Source of the DNA: Treponema sp.
Lineage (GTDB): Bacteria > Spirochaetota > Spirochaetia > Treponematales > Treponemataceae
Reading direction: 5' to 3' (one strand)
Length of the DNA: 64,000 nucleotides
Assembly: GCF_018384055.1 (NCBI RefSeq)
Contig: NZ_JAHAZL010000056.1
In this document: positions 9,901 to 19,689 of the stretch, piece after piece
Layout of the letters: the number at the start of each line of letters is the position of its first letter
Position numbering within the stretch: position 1 is the stretch's first letter
Notes under the pieces: model-generated
The model's database searches: none
What the model was told of the DNA's origin: nothing
What the model saw: only the letters and a program-made list of their open reading frames with translations
Position numbers and translations under genes: made by a program

Positions 9901-11255
9901 TTTCGTCTAAGCCTCATATAAAGGATTATTCCAAGAAGTCCAAGAACCAGATTAGGAGTCCACATCATCCAGAAACCATTGTACCCGCCCCTAATTCCAA
10001 ACATCTGCCCGATAATGGTTGCTGCCCAATAAAGAACAGAAAGTATGATTCCAAAAATCAATCCAAGAGTCTGACCGTCCTTGCGTCCAAAAATGAGGGA
10101 CAAAGGAAATGCAAGGATTGCAAAGAAAATGGATCCGAAAGGTATGGAAAATTTCTTGTTGAATTCAAGCTTGTAGGTATTAAGAATTTTAGGTGCCAAA
10201 TTGGGATCATTTTTCAAGCCGTCAATTTTCTTTCTCAAATCCCACGAGGTCATTTCGCGTGGAGAAACGCCACCGTTTGAAGAAATTATGGAATCTTCAA
10301 AAATGCTAAGTGAAAGAGTATTTGAAGAAAGGGTATCATAAGATCCTTTCTGAATATCCTTCATCATCATTACCAAAGGATTATCCATATCGAGGCGCAT
10401 AAGGATTCCTTCTGAAGTAGACTTCCTTACAACAGAATTCTTTGCAACAATAACCCTTGTTTCTCCATCTTTTCCAGCATCAAAGAAAACCAAATCGCTG
10501 ACTTTTGTTCCATTTACATTTCCAATGACAAATATGGAATCGTTCATTCTCTTTATGGACATGGACTCAAGTTCAATTGCTGGGTTAGAAGTAATAATCT
10601 GCCTTCTCATCCTGTTGTAGTTGATGGTTCCAAGAGGAAGGAAATAGTCGTTCATAATGAAACTGAAAATAGAAATGACTATTCCCATGGCAAGAACCGA
10701 TTTCAAGATAAGACTGTATTTTTGACCGCTTGCCCTAAAAATAAGAACTTCATTGTCGGTTACAAGACGACCAAGGCACATGAGGAATCCAACAAGCGTT
10801 GCAAAAGGAGCGGATTGGGCAATAATAGCCGGAAGACAATAGGTGATGAGTTTAATTACGGAACCGATCGGAACCCTTTTTTTGAGGATTGTTTCAGCAA
10901 GGAGAAGAATCTGGTTTACAAAGAATACCACAAAGAAAAATGCAAAGCATACAAAAAAGTAAAGGAGAAGTTCCTTGGCAACATATTTTATGAGGATATT
11001 ATTCCCCAGAGCATTGAGCCTATAATAGCGGTACCTGCAGAAAACTTTCAGGGGACGAAAATCCAACTTCTTTCCAAGTGCATACCCTGCCCTGTAAAAA
11101 AATTTCCCAAACTTAATTTTCTTAAGATTTCTGGTTTTCCTTGCATAAAGAATTTTATAAAAGGCATACTGCTTGTACAGGAATACAAATCCAGCATCCA
11201 CTTTAGTGAGAATATCTTCAACCTTTTCTTTTACATACAGAAACCAGCTTTTCAT
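9897..11255 (-). CDS. lptF: LptF/LptG-family permease with basic N-terminal extension
   Basis: DNEVLIFRASG motif; 4-nt overlap with the downstream paralogue; start uncertain. Confidence 0.75.
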   Translation of the reverse strand: MKSWFLYVKEKVEDILTKVDAGFVFLYKQYAFYKILYARKTRNLKKIKFGKFFYRAGYALGKKLDFRPLKVFCRYRYYRLNALGNNILIKYVAKELLLYFFVCFAFFFVVFFVNQILLLAETILKKRVPIGSVIKLITYCLPAIIAQSAPFATLVGFLMCLGRLVTDNEVLIFRASGQKYSLILKSVLAMGIVISIFSFIMNDYFLPLGTINYNRMRRQIITSNPAIELESMSIKRMNDSIFVIGNVNGTKVSDLVFFDAGKDGETRVIVAKNSVVRKSTSEGILMRLDMDNPLVMMMKDIQKGSYDTLSSNTLSLSIFEDSIISSNGGVSPREMTSWDLRKKIDGLKNDPNLAPKILNTYKLEFNKKFSIPFGSIFFAILAFPLSLIFGRKDGQTLGLIFGIILSVLYWAATIIGQMFGIRGGYNGFWMMWTPNLVLGLLGIILYMRLRRK

Positions 11256-11270
11256 GTTTAAACAAAGCTT

Positions 11271-11711
11271 TTATACGCCCGTACTTCCAAAACCACCGGA
11301 ACCGCGTTCTGTTACAGAAATGGAGTCAGTCTGAATGAAGTTACCGATTGTAACTGGAGCAACGATAATCTGAGCAATTCTGTCGCCGCTTTTTATTTCA
11401 AAATCTTCATCGCCAAGATTTATGAGGATTACCTTTAATTCTCCACGGTAATCGCTGTCAATTGTTCCCGGTGTATTAAGAACTGTAACGCCATTTTTTG
11501 CAGCAAGACCGCTTCTTGGACGAACCTGAATTTCATATCCCTGGGGAATTTCAAAAAAGAGTCCTGTTGGGATAATTGTTCTCTGGCCCTTTTTAAGAAG
11601 AACATTTTCATCAAGAAGGGCACACACATCGGCACCGGCAGCCCCTTCAGTTTTGTAGCAAGGTACAACAGCACCCTTTGAAGAAATAATCTTTATATCT
11701 ACTCTATTCAT
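11271..11711 (-). CDS. dut: dUTP diphosphatase
   Basis: [34 protein letters not shown] motifs. Confidence 0.97.
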   Translation of the reverse strand: MNRVDIKIISSKGAVVPCYKTEGAAGADVCALLDENVLLKKGQRTIIPTGLFFEIPQGYEIQVRPRSGLAAKNGVTVLNTPGTIDSDYRGELKVILINLGDEDFEIKSGDRIAQIIVAPVTIGNFIQTDSISVTERGSGGFGSTGV

Positions 11712-12990
11712 TTTTTTCTCCCATTATTTTCTTTCTGTCAAAAACAGAAAGTTTCTGTCCGTAAACCACCAGGTTTCTTCGTGAAGAATCAACAAGACGG
11801 CGAACAAAAGAGATTATATCATTTTTGCCAATCATCCGTATAGAGTTTATGAATTCCCCCGTGGTCATAAGATCAAAACCAAGGGAATAGAAATTCCAGA
11901 GGCGCCTCATAAGGAAAACTGAATTTACATCGTTCATGGTTTCAAGACCGATTATGCGTTCAAGGGCAAGGTCTATTTCTTCCTGGCTTATTTCCTTTTC
12001 CAAAAGATTGCAGGTTTCCGCAAGAAGGGCTTTGCTTGCACGAACAACATTTTTCTTTTCGCACACAAGGTAGGCAGCCCAAAGGCCTGCATTTTCGTAG
12101 GTAGTAAAGAAACTTCCAACGCTGTAACACAATCCAAGCCGTTCCCTAAGTTCAAGGAAAAGACGGCTGCTCATACTGTCTCCTGTAATTGTATCAAAAA
12201 CCATGAGGGAAAGATAATCTTTGTATGTAAGGGTCCAATCCAATGGGAAAAGTACGAATACCTGTTCCTGATTGAAACTGGCTTTTACCAGGAAGTTTCC
12301 CTTCTGCCACATTACCTTTTCCGGAAAATGTTCGTTCTTATAAAATTCAATGGATTCCTTCTTGTCCGACAGTTTCGAAAGGCGTTCAACGAGAATACCT
12401 TCATCGATTTTTCCTGCGGCAATAACAACCAGTTCCCCATGAACTATATAATCTTCATACCATGAAACCATTTGTTCTCTGGTAATGTTTTCAACATCAT
12501 CAATGGTACCAGTTATGGTTCTTGAAATGTCCTGATCAGGCCAGATGCGGCGTGCTATTTCATCCATGGAAGAATCATCGGGATCATCTTCAACAGCGAA
12601 TATTTCGTTTTCAACAACTCCCCTTTCCTTTTCAAAATCTTCTTCCGGGAAAATGCAGTTTTCCGAAAGATCGCAGATTGTATCAAGGGCAATCTGAAAA
12701 TTCTCTTTCTTTTCCACAGGAATGGAACAGTATACGCTAACATTTTCTCGTTCAGTAAAAGCGTTTGTAACCCCACCCATTCTGTCAAAGATGCGGGAAA
12801 TGTCTTTGTTTGATTTTGTTTTTGTACCCTTAAAGAGCATGTGCTCCGTAAAATGGCTTATTCCGTATTCTCCTTCCTTTTCATAGCGGCTGCCTACAGA
12901 AAAATAAAAGCCAATGGTTGCAACCTTGGAAGAGTCGTCATCCTGGGTAATAAGGACAACATTGTTCTTGAGGACCTGTTTCTTAATCAT
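11704..12990 (-). CDS. M16-family zinc peptidase
   Basis: HFTEH inverted zinc motif, NAFT, SRLF..LRE..GLCY; start moved to MIKKQV. Confidence 0.9.
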   Translation of the reverse strand: MIKKQVLKNNVVLITQDDDSSKVATIGFYFSVGSRYEKEGEYGISHFTEHMLFKGTKTKSNKDISRIFDRMGGVTNAFTERENVSVYCSIPVEKKENFQIALDTICDLSENCIFPEEDFEKERGVVENEIFAVEDDPDDSSMDEIARRIWPDQDISRTITGTIDDVENITREQMVSWYEDYIVHGELVVIAAGKIDEGILVERLSKLSDKKESIEFYKNEHFPEKVMWQKGNFLVKASFNQEQVFVLFPLDWTLTYKDYLSLMVFDTITGDSMSSRLFLELRERLGLCYSVGSFFTTYENAGLWAAYLVCEKKNVVRASKALLAETCNLLEKEISQEEIDLALERIIGLETMNDVNSVFLMRRLWNFYSLGFDLMTTGEFINSIRMIGKNDIISFVRRLVDSSRRNLVVYGQKLSVFDRKKIMGEKNE

Positions 12991-13020
12991 GGTAGATTGA
13001 TTATAGCATATCGCAAAAAT

Positions 13021-13057
13021 AAAAAAAACCGATCCTGAATTCAATCAGAATCGGTTT
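13021..13057 (-). terminator. Intrinsic terminator after pnp
   Basis: ACCGATTCTGA-loop-TCAGGATCGGT then T-tract. Confidence 0.75.
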
Positions 13058-13100
13058 ATCAGATTGTTTATAGAGCCATCTCTATGAAGCCATGGATAAC

Positions 13101-15197
13101 TTAGTTAGCTTCTACAGCGTCAATGTAAGAAAGATTAAGGCGTCCCATCTTGTCAACTTCAAGGAGCTTAACCGGAACAACCTGTCCTTCCTTGAGAACA
13201 TCCGTTACCTTTTCTACGCGGGCGCGAGAAAGCTTAGAGATGTGGCAAAGACCTTCCTTACCTGGGAGGATTTCGATGAATGCACCGAAGTCCATGATGC
13301 GCTTAACAGTTCCCTGGTAAATTGTACCTGGCTCTGGATCTTCGCAGATACCCTTAACGGCAGCCTTTGCAGCATCTGTTGCAGCACCTGTCTTACCGTA
13401 AATTGTAACTGTTCCGTCATCTTCTGTATTGATTGTAACACCGTACTGCTGGCAGAGAGCCTTGACGTTCTTTCCGCCTGGTCCGATGAGGGCACCAATC
13501 TTGTCAACAGGAATCTTGAGGCTGTCGATCTTTGGTGCGTACTGGCTAACTGGCTGTGGCTTGTTGATGCACTTTTCCATGATGTCCAGGATGTGGTTGC
13601 GTCCGTCCTTAGCCTGAGCAAGAGCCTTCTTCATGATTTCCATGGAAACACCGGCAATCTTAATGTCCATCTGGAAGCCTGTGATACCGTCGCGGGTACC
13701 AGCTACCTTGAAGTCCATGTCGCCAAGGTGATCTTCTTCACCGAGGATATCAGAAAGAATTGCATACTTTGTATACTTTTCATCGCTTGTAATGAGTCCC
13801 ATGGCAATACCGGCAACCATCTTCTTCATTGGAACACCAGCTGCAAGAAGGGAAAGACATCCACCACAAGTAGAAGCCTGTGAAGACGAACCGTTAGATT
13901 CCATGATTTCAGAAACAACACGGATTGTGTATGGGAATTCCGCCTTTGAAGGAATCATTGGAGCAAGTGAGCGGCGTGCAAGGTTTCCGTGACCGATTTC
14001 GCGGCGGCCAGTTGTAAGCTTGCCTGTTTCACCTACAGAATATGGTGGAAAGTTGTAGTGAAGGATGAAGTTTTCGCTTCTGTCGCCTTCAATGTCATCA
14101 TATACCTGTTCATCCATTGCTGTACCAAGAGTTGTAACGGCAAGGGACTGTGTTTCACCACGAGTAAAGAGTGCAGATCCGTGAGGGCGTGGAAGAACGT
14201 TGATTTCGCAAGTGATTGGACGAATCTGATCTGTTCCACGGCCGTCAATGCGCATGCCTGTTTCGAGGATGCTTGAGCGGAGAAGTTCATACTGGATGTC
14301 ATCAAAGAGTGCACCAAAGAGCTTGGCCTGAACTTCATCAGCAAGCTGGTCTGCATACTTTTCTGCAATCTGCTTTTTAACTTCCTTTACAGCTTCTGAG
14401 CGAGCCATCTTTCCTTCTTTGAAACATGCAACCTTCATGAGAGGAAGTGCCTCTGCCTTGATGGCTTCTTTGTTTTCAAGTTCAACGTTAAGTGGAGCAA
14501 GAGGGAGCTTTTCCTTACCTGCAAGCTTAACCAGTTCTTCCTGAAGGAGACACATTTCTGTAATGAATCCCTGAGCCTTTTCAAGGGCGCCGAGCATTAC
14601 ATCTTCAGAAACTTCATTTGCACCGCCTTCTACCATTGTAAAGCCGTCTTTTGTACCGGCAACAACGATTTCAAGCTGAACCTTTTCCATCTGATCATAA
14701 GTTGGATTGATTACATATTCTCCGTTAAGATATCCAACGCGGCAGGCTGCAACAGGTCCGTGGAAAGGAATGTCTGAAATAGAAACTGCAGCAGAAGCTG
14801 CGAGAACTGCAAGAATGTCTGGTGTATTAACACCGTCGATTGAAACACAAGTTGGAACAATCTGAATTTCGCGTCCGAAAGCTGTTTCAAAAAGTGGGCG
14901 CATTGGACGGTCGATAAGGCGGCTTACGAGGATTTCCTTATCCTTTGGACGACCTTCTCTCTTTACGAATCCGCCAGGAATCTTACCGGCAGCATAGAAT
15001 TTTTCGTTGTATTCAACTGTAACTGGAACGAAATCAAGTCCTTCTCTTACATCACTTGAACAACAAACTGTAGCGATAACTGATGTTCCGCCAATCTGAG
15101 CATAAACACAGCCGTTAGCCTGTTTACCGATTTTACCGGTTTCGAGGATGAGTTCCTGATCACCGATTTTTTTAGTTACTCTCTGTACCATAACCAT
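13101..15197 (-). CDS. pnp: Polyribonucleotide nucleotidyltransferase
   Basis: Two RNase PH domains (SRLIDRPMRP, RREIGHG, DMDFKVAG), KH and S1; start at 15197 or 15191. Confidence 0.97.
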   Translation of the reverse strand: MVMVQRVTKKIGDQELILETGKIGKQANGCVYAQIGGTSVIATVCCSSDVREGLDFVPVTVEYNEKFYAAGKIPGGFVKREGRPKDKEILVSRLIDRPMRPLFETAFGREIQIVPTCVSIDGVNTPDILAVLAASAAVSISDIPFHGPVAACRVGYLNGEYVINPTYDQMEKVQLEIVVAGTKDGFTMVEGGANEVSEDVMLGALEKAQGFITEMCLLQEELVKLAGKEKLPLAPLNVELENKEAIKAEALPLMKVACFKEGKMARSEAVKEVKKQIAEKYADQLADEVQAKLFGALFDDIQYELLRSSILETGMRIDGRGTDQIRPITCEINVLPRPHGSALFTRGETQSLAVTTLGTAMDEQVYDDIEGDRSENFILHYNFPPYSVGETGKLTTGRREIGHGNLARRSLAPMIPSKAEFPYTIRVVSEIMESNGSSSQASTCGGCLSLLAAGVPMKKMVAGIAMGLITSDEKYTKYAILSDILGEEDHLGDMDFKVAGTRDGITGFQMDIKIAGVSMEIMKKALAQAKDGRNHILDIMEKCINKPQPVSQYAPKIDSLKIPVDKIGALIGPGGKNVKALCQQYGVTINTEDDGTVTIYGKTGAATDAAKAAVKGICEDPEPGTIYQGTVKRIMDFGAFIEILPGKEGLCHISKLSRARVEKVTDVLKEGQVVPVKLLEVDKMGRLNLSYIDAVEAN

Positions 15198-15220
15198 TTC
15201 CTTGTTCTTTATTTTCTTTA

Positions 15221-15329
15221 TGCCCGTTACAAGGCAAAGGACATTCCGTTTGAACAGCCGGAACACCCTGATTGTTTCAAAAAAATTTCAAGGCAGAAAT
15301 ACCATGGAAACCACAATACTCCTGCCTTG
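15221..15329 (-). promoter_or_regulatory. Structured rpsO-pnp intergenic region (three hairpins)
   Basis: 19-bp stem at 15289-15329 followed by AAATTTTTTT; 11-bp stem at 15238-15269; small stem at 15221-15236. Confidence 0.6.
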
Positions 15330-15338
15330 TCAGAAAAC

Positions 15339-15608
15339 TTACTTACGAATTCCGAGTTCCTTGATGAGAGCACGGTATCCTTCAAGATTTGTGTTCTGAA
15401 GGTACTTAAGAAGTCTTCTGCGAGCACCTACAGCCTTAAGAAGTCCGCGGGATGCTGTTGTATCCTTTGGGAATGCCTTGCAGTGTGCTGTAAGCTGCTT
15501 GATGCGTTCTGTAAGAAGAGCAATCTGAACATTTGTGTTGCCTGTGTCAGCTGCTGACTTGCCGAACTTTCCAACGATTGAAGATGTTGTTTCTTTTGTA
15601 AGTGCCAT
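15339..15608 (-). CDS. rpsO: 30S ribosomal protein S15
   Basis: DTGNTNVQIALLTERI...SRGLLK...RRRLLKYL; 89 aa. Confidence 0.97.
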   Translation of the reverse strand: MALTKETTSSIVGKFGKSAADTGNTNVQIALLTERIKQLTAHCKAFPKDTTASRGLLKAVGARRRLLKYLQNTNLEGYRALIKELGIRK

Positions 15609-15821
15609 ATACTTACTCCTATGATTTTTTTCTTTTGCCTAAGATTAGACCTGGGATAAAAGTGGCTCTTTGCATTCCAGGCGGAATCATGACAGCAAAA
15701 GTTCTATCGCTTCATAATGAAGCATTTTAATTTTACTGATATATCATCTTTTGTAAAGTGCAAAAACAAATTGTGCAATAAAAAAACAGACTGACAGTTC
15801 AATCCTAAAAAAATAGTCAAA

Positions 15822-17708
15822 CTAGAAAACAACAGCAACCGCATTATCTGCATATTTTTGCGTAGGCAAAAGCAAGGAAATTCGGTTTTCTTCTATATTT
15901 AATTCCGAATGAAGAATGTTTCCATCGGCAAAGGAAACTACAACTTTATGGGATCCCTTTTCAGGAAAAACCTGATCATCTGACAACAGGGTTTCAAAAG
16001 CAGACAAATCAGAACCGTCGGCTTTTTTTAAAAACTTATGTCCTTTAAGGCTGATTGCAAATGGACGACCTAGCATTTCCCTGACTTCGGCAAAATTACC
16101 GGCGGCAATTTCTTTCTTTATGCGGCTGGAACTAACCTTTAGCCCCTGATACTCAACATAGTCCGCCTGCTTAAGCACAAAGCCCATCTTGACTGACAGA
16201 ACAGAAATCTGTTCCATAGCAAAACTGCCTTTGTACCCGCATTTAAAATCCTTTCCTTCAGCAAGGAATTTGAGGCAGCATTTTTCAGAAAGGATTTCAA
16301 AGAACTGCTCTCCAGACAATTTTGCAAAATCTTCGTTAAAATCGATTACTATGGCAAAATCAATGCCAAGGCTTTCAAAGAAATCAAGACGCTGCCTGAG
16401 GGTAAAAATATTCCGTCCGTCTTCACGGCTTATGCTCGAAGCAAAAGTAACTATGCCGGAAACCAAGTTCTTTTCAGCAAGTACAAAATCCACAAGTTCC
16501 TGGTGGCCTTTATGAATTGCTTCAAAACTGCCAACGGTGATGGCACTGCCTTTTTTCTTCCACTGATGAGGGAAAGCTCCGTCACAGATTTCTTTCCAGG
16601 TAAAAACCCTGATGGATTTTTTACCATGGGGAACTACAAATCCATAGTGGAGCCTTTCCGGCTGTTTTTTTATAATTCCTGCAAAACTGCTGTCTTTATA
16701 GAAAACCGCAATTTCATCCTGAACATAAAATTCCTTATTGACCGCAAGATTTTCCATCCTTTCAAACATTCTGGATGAAAGCGGTCTGCCGTTGTTATAG
16801 TTTCTTTCAGCTTCCGGTTTCAGCATGTCGCATTCAAAACCGCAGAGGGCCGCAAGTTCACTGTCAAACTCAAGAAAATGACTTTTTATGTCGGCTACTT
16901 TTTCCTCGCTGTCCTTTGGACGGGGTTTCTTTTCCTTCTTTTTACTGAAAAGCTTCTCTTCTGCTCTTTCAAGAAGGCTTTTGTTTTCTTTTTCAAGGCG
17001 AATTTTACTTTCGCTTACCATTCCCGCAGCAATCGTAAATTCACCAAGGGATTTACAGCAGGCAGCATCTTCAAGACGGAAAGGTCCTACCTGGGTTCTG
17101 CGCAAAGCACAAAGATGAGCACAGCTTCCAAGCTCAAGAGCGATGTCTCTGGCAAGAGCCCGTATATAAGTTCCCTTTGAACAGGTAACCTTCAATTTGG
17201 CATAGGTACAGCCATCCACTGCCTTATTGTCAAGGTATTCGCAAAGTTCAAGGCCGTATATGAAAATCTGGCGGCTTTCAAGAGCAACTTCCTTGCCTTC
17301 CCTAACAAGATCGCTGGCTCTTTTACCGTCTACATGAAGGGCACTGAAGGCAGGAGGAGTCTGAAGTATGGCACCGGTAAATTTTGAAAGGATCCCTTCA
17401 ATCTGCTCTTTTGTTACAGGAGCAAGAGTTTTTATGATTTCTCCCGTAGGATCCAGCGTATCGGTTTCCTTACCAAAGCAGACTATTGCCTCATAGGATT
17501 TTGTAAAGCCCGTTACATGGGGAACCAGATGAGTCAAATGACCGCTGAGGACAACAAGAAGGCCATCGGCAAAACTGTCCAGAGTTCCCGTATGACCAAC
17601 TTTTTCCGTACCAAGGGCGTGCTTGATGCTCCATAGAGAAGAAAAACTTGTAGGTCCGGATGACTTTGCATAGAGCATGACTCCGGAAGGTGCGGCTTTT
17701 GATTTCAT
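15822..17708 (-). CDS. truB: Fusion of tRNA pseudouridine(55) synthase TruB and a RibF-like FAD synthetase domain
   Basis: N-term GHTGTLD, PPAFSA, CSKGTYIRALARD; C-term GSFEAIHKGHQ, GKDFKCG, VSSSRIK. Confidence 0.88.
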   Translation of the reverse strand: MKSKAAPSGVMLYAKSSGPTSFSSLWSIKHALGTEKVGHTGTLDSFADGLLVVLSGHLTHLVPHVTGFTKSYEAIVCFGKETDTLDPTGEIIKTLAPVTKEQIEGILSKFTGAILQTPPAFSALHVDGKRASDLVREGKEVALESRQIFIYGLELCEYLDNKAVDGCTYAKLKVTCSKGTYIRALARDIALELGSCAHLCALRRTQVGPFRLEDAACCKSLGEFTIAAGMVSESKIRLEKENKSLLERAEEKLFSKKKEKKPRPKDSEEKVADIKSHFLEFDSELAALCGFECDMLKPEAERNYNNGRPLSSRMFERMENLAVNKEFYVQDEIAVFYKDSSFAGIIKKQPERLHYGFVVPHGKKSIRVFTWKEICDGAFPHQWKKKGSAITVGSFEAIHKGHQELVDFVLAEKNLVSGIVTFASSISREDGRNIFTLRQRLDFFESLGIDFAIVIDFNEDFAKLSGEQFFEILSEKCCLKFLAEGKDFKCGYKGSFAMEQISVLSVKMGFVLKQADYVEYQGLKVSSSRIKKEIAAGNFAEVREMLGRPFAISLKGHKFLKKADGSDLSAFETLLSDDQVFPEKGSHKVVVSFADGNILHSELNIEENRISLLLPTQKYADNAVAVVF

Positions 17709-17736
17709 TGATTAAAGTTTATAAGAATGGTCTTTT

Positions 17737-19083
17737 TTAAACAAGTGCCTTTGTTTGCCAGCGCTTGCTTTTCCATCTTAAAAGCATGACAATTCCACGT
17801 GTCGTTTCGTCAGTTCCGATGGCAAGCCAGAAGCCGATAAGCCCCAGCCCCATCTTGATTCCGAGTATATAGCTGAAAAGGACCATGATGCACCACATGG
17901 AGAAAATACCGTAACCAACTGGGAAGCCGACATCTCCTGCACCTTTGAGTCCACCGATGGAAATAAGGTTTAGGGATCGCCCGAATTCTATGTAGCAGGA
18001 ATACAAAAGCAAAGAAGAAACATAGCCCACAATCACAGGATCCTTCGTAAACATCGGAACGATAAATCCCTTGCCCAAATTAATAAGAACAATGAGCACC
18101 ATACTCGTCATTGTTCCGCAAAACTGATAGAGCCACAAATTCCTGTAGGCAACATCAGGATTTTTTGAACCTACAAAGAAACCTGTCTTAATCTGAGTTG
18201 CACTTCCAATGCCTACGGCTACAACAAAAACAAAACGGCAGATGGTCTGAGTATAGACCTGGGCACTCATGGCGGCGGTTCCCAAAGTTGTAATCATTGC
18301 CATAATGACGATTTGCGCAACATTGTAGGAAAGGTTTTCACCCGCTGTCGGAATGCCGATCTTAAGGATTTTCTTGAAATATGTTTTTTCAACGGAAAAA
18401 ATATTTTTAACGCTGAACTGAATTTCCTTTTTTCTTCTTATAACACACGCAAGAAAAACACAAGAAAAGAAGTTTCCGATTACAGATGAAATTGCAACGC
18501 CCGGCAAGCCGAATACGGGAAGTCCAAACCAGCCGTAAAGGGAGATTGCATTGCCCAAAACATTTATGAGGTTGGCAAGAATTGTTGCATAGAGAATCTG
18601 CTTTGTGTAACCATAGGCACGGACAACAGCTCCCTGCATCAGGTTGAAGGCAATGAAAACTGAACCATAGCCACAGAAAATAACAAAATACTCGTGGGCA
18701 TAATTGCGGACACTTTCTTCAAGGGTATAGCAGGAAAGCAAGGCTCCAGTTCCAAAGATTACAACCATAGACATTATGATTGAAAAGGAAACCACCATGA
18801 TGATGCTGGCTTTCGCAATGTTTCCAAGTTCTTCTTTGGATTTTTTTGCACCGATATACTGGCTTAAAACAATCATTGTTCCTACACAAACCACATTGTA
18901 AAGGATGTTGATGAAGAAAGCATACTGACTTGTCATGCCAACGGCCGCAACGGCAGCATTGTCGTAGCCAGAAAGCATTACTGTATCTATTGAAGAAACA
19001 AGAATTCTAAATCCCTGTTCAAGGCACAAAGGAAGTGCCAGAGCAAACATTGAAATTGTACCCGGATTCTTTTTTTCGCTCAT
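17737..19083 (-). CDS. MATE-family efflux transporter
   Basis: LALPLCLEQ, D..ML...AVAAVG, KIGIPTAGE; two-repeat multi-TM architecture. Confidence 0.9.
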   Translation of the reverse strand: MSEKKNPGTISMFALALPLCLEQGFRILVSSIDTVMLSGYDNAAVAAVGMTSQYAFFINILYNVVCVGTMIVLSQYIGAKKSKEELGNIAKASIIMVVSFSIIMSMVVIFGTGALLSCYTLEESVRNYAHEYFVIFCGYGSVFIAFNLMQGAVVRAYGYTKQILYATILANLINVLGNAISLYGWFGLPVFGLPGVAISSVIGNFFSCVFLACVIRRKKEIQFSVKNIFSVEKTYFKKILKIGIPTAGENLSYNVAQIVIMAMITTLGTAAMSAQVYTQTICRFVFVVAVGIGSATQIKTGFFVGSKNPDVAYRNLWLYQFCGTMTSMVLIVLINLGKGFIVPMFTKDPVIVGYVSSLLLYSCYIEFGRSLNLISIGGLKGAGDVGFPVGYGIFSMWCIMVLFSYILGIKMGLGLIGFWLAIGTDETTRGIVMLLRWKSKRWQTKALV

Positions 19084-19130
19084 AATAACCCCAATGGGTG
19101 AAATTATATGTTTTTAAATAAAAAAAGAAA

Positions 19131-19246
19131 GGGGCTGTCCAATAAGTATGAGTCATTGTCGTGCTCGACACGGCAATCTCTTGTATTGCAATTAAATGGA
19201 TTTTCGTAGCCCGAAAATGACACTTTATGACTTATTGGTCATCCCC
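19131..19246. mobile_element. 116-bp MITE/REPIN-like element
   Basis: 17-bp terminal inverted repeats (15/17 match) enclosing two inverted GTCATT...AATC palindromic units. Confidence 0.6.
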
Positions 19247-19262
19247 CTAATATTACAGATTT

Positions 19263-19679
19263 TTATTTTGCTTCAGCTCCGGCATCAGAGCCTGCTTCTG
19301 CATTTTCAGTCTGTGATTCACGCTCTTTAGATTCTGCCTCAAGAGCGTTAAGTTTCTGAACCATCTTGTATCCTTCCTTCATGCTGAAGTCAGCGATAAA
19401 AGTAAGTTTCGGAAACTTGTAGATCGTCAGTTTCTTTGCTATGGAGCACTGGATGAATCCAGCGGCACTTTTTAGCCCTTCAACTCCACGGATAACCGAC
19501 TGATCATCCATAAAAGAGGAAACATAAACCTTTGCATAAGCAAGGTCTGCCGCAACCTCCACACGGTTGATGGAAAGAAATTCATTTACACGAGGGTCCT
19601 TGATTTCATGTCTAAGGATCATAGTGGCAATTTCTTCCCTCAACTGTTCGCCTAATCTTTGTAATCTGAACTGTCCCAT
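19263..19679 (-). CDS. rbfA: Ribosome-binding factor A
   Basis: IKDPRV, DLAYAKVYVS, LKSAAGFI, PKLTF; follows infB. Confidence 0.95.
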   Translation of the reverse strand: MGQFRLQRLGEQLREEIATMILRHEIKDPRVNEFLSINRVEVAADLAYAKVYVSSFMDDQSVIRGVEGLKSAAGFIQCSIAKKLTIYKFPKLTFIADFSMKEGYKMVQKLNALEAESKERESQTENAEAGSDAGAEAK

Positions 19680-19689
19680 TTATTTCCTG

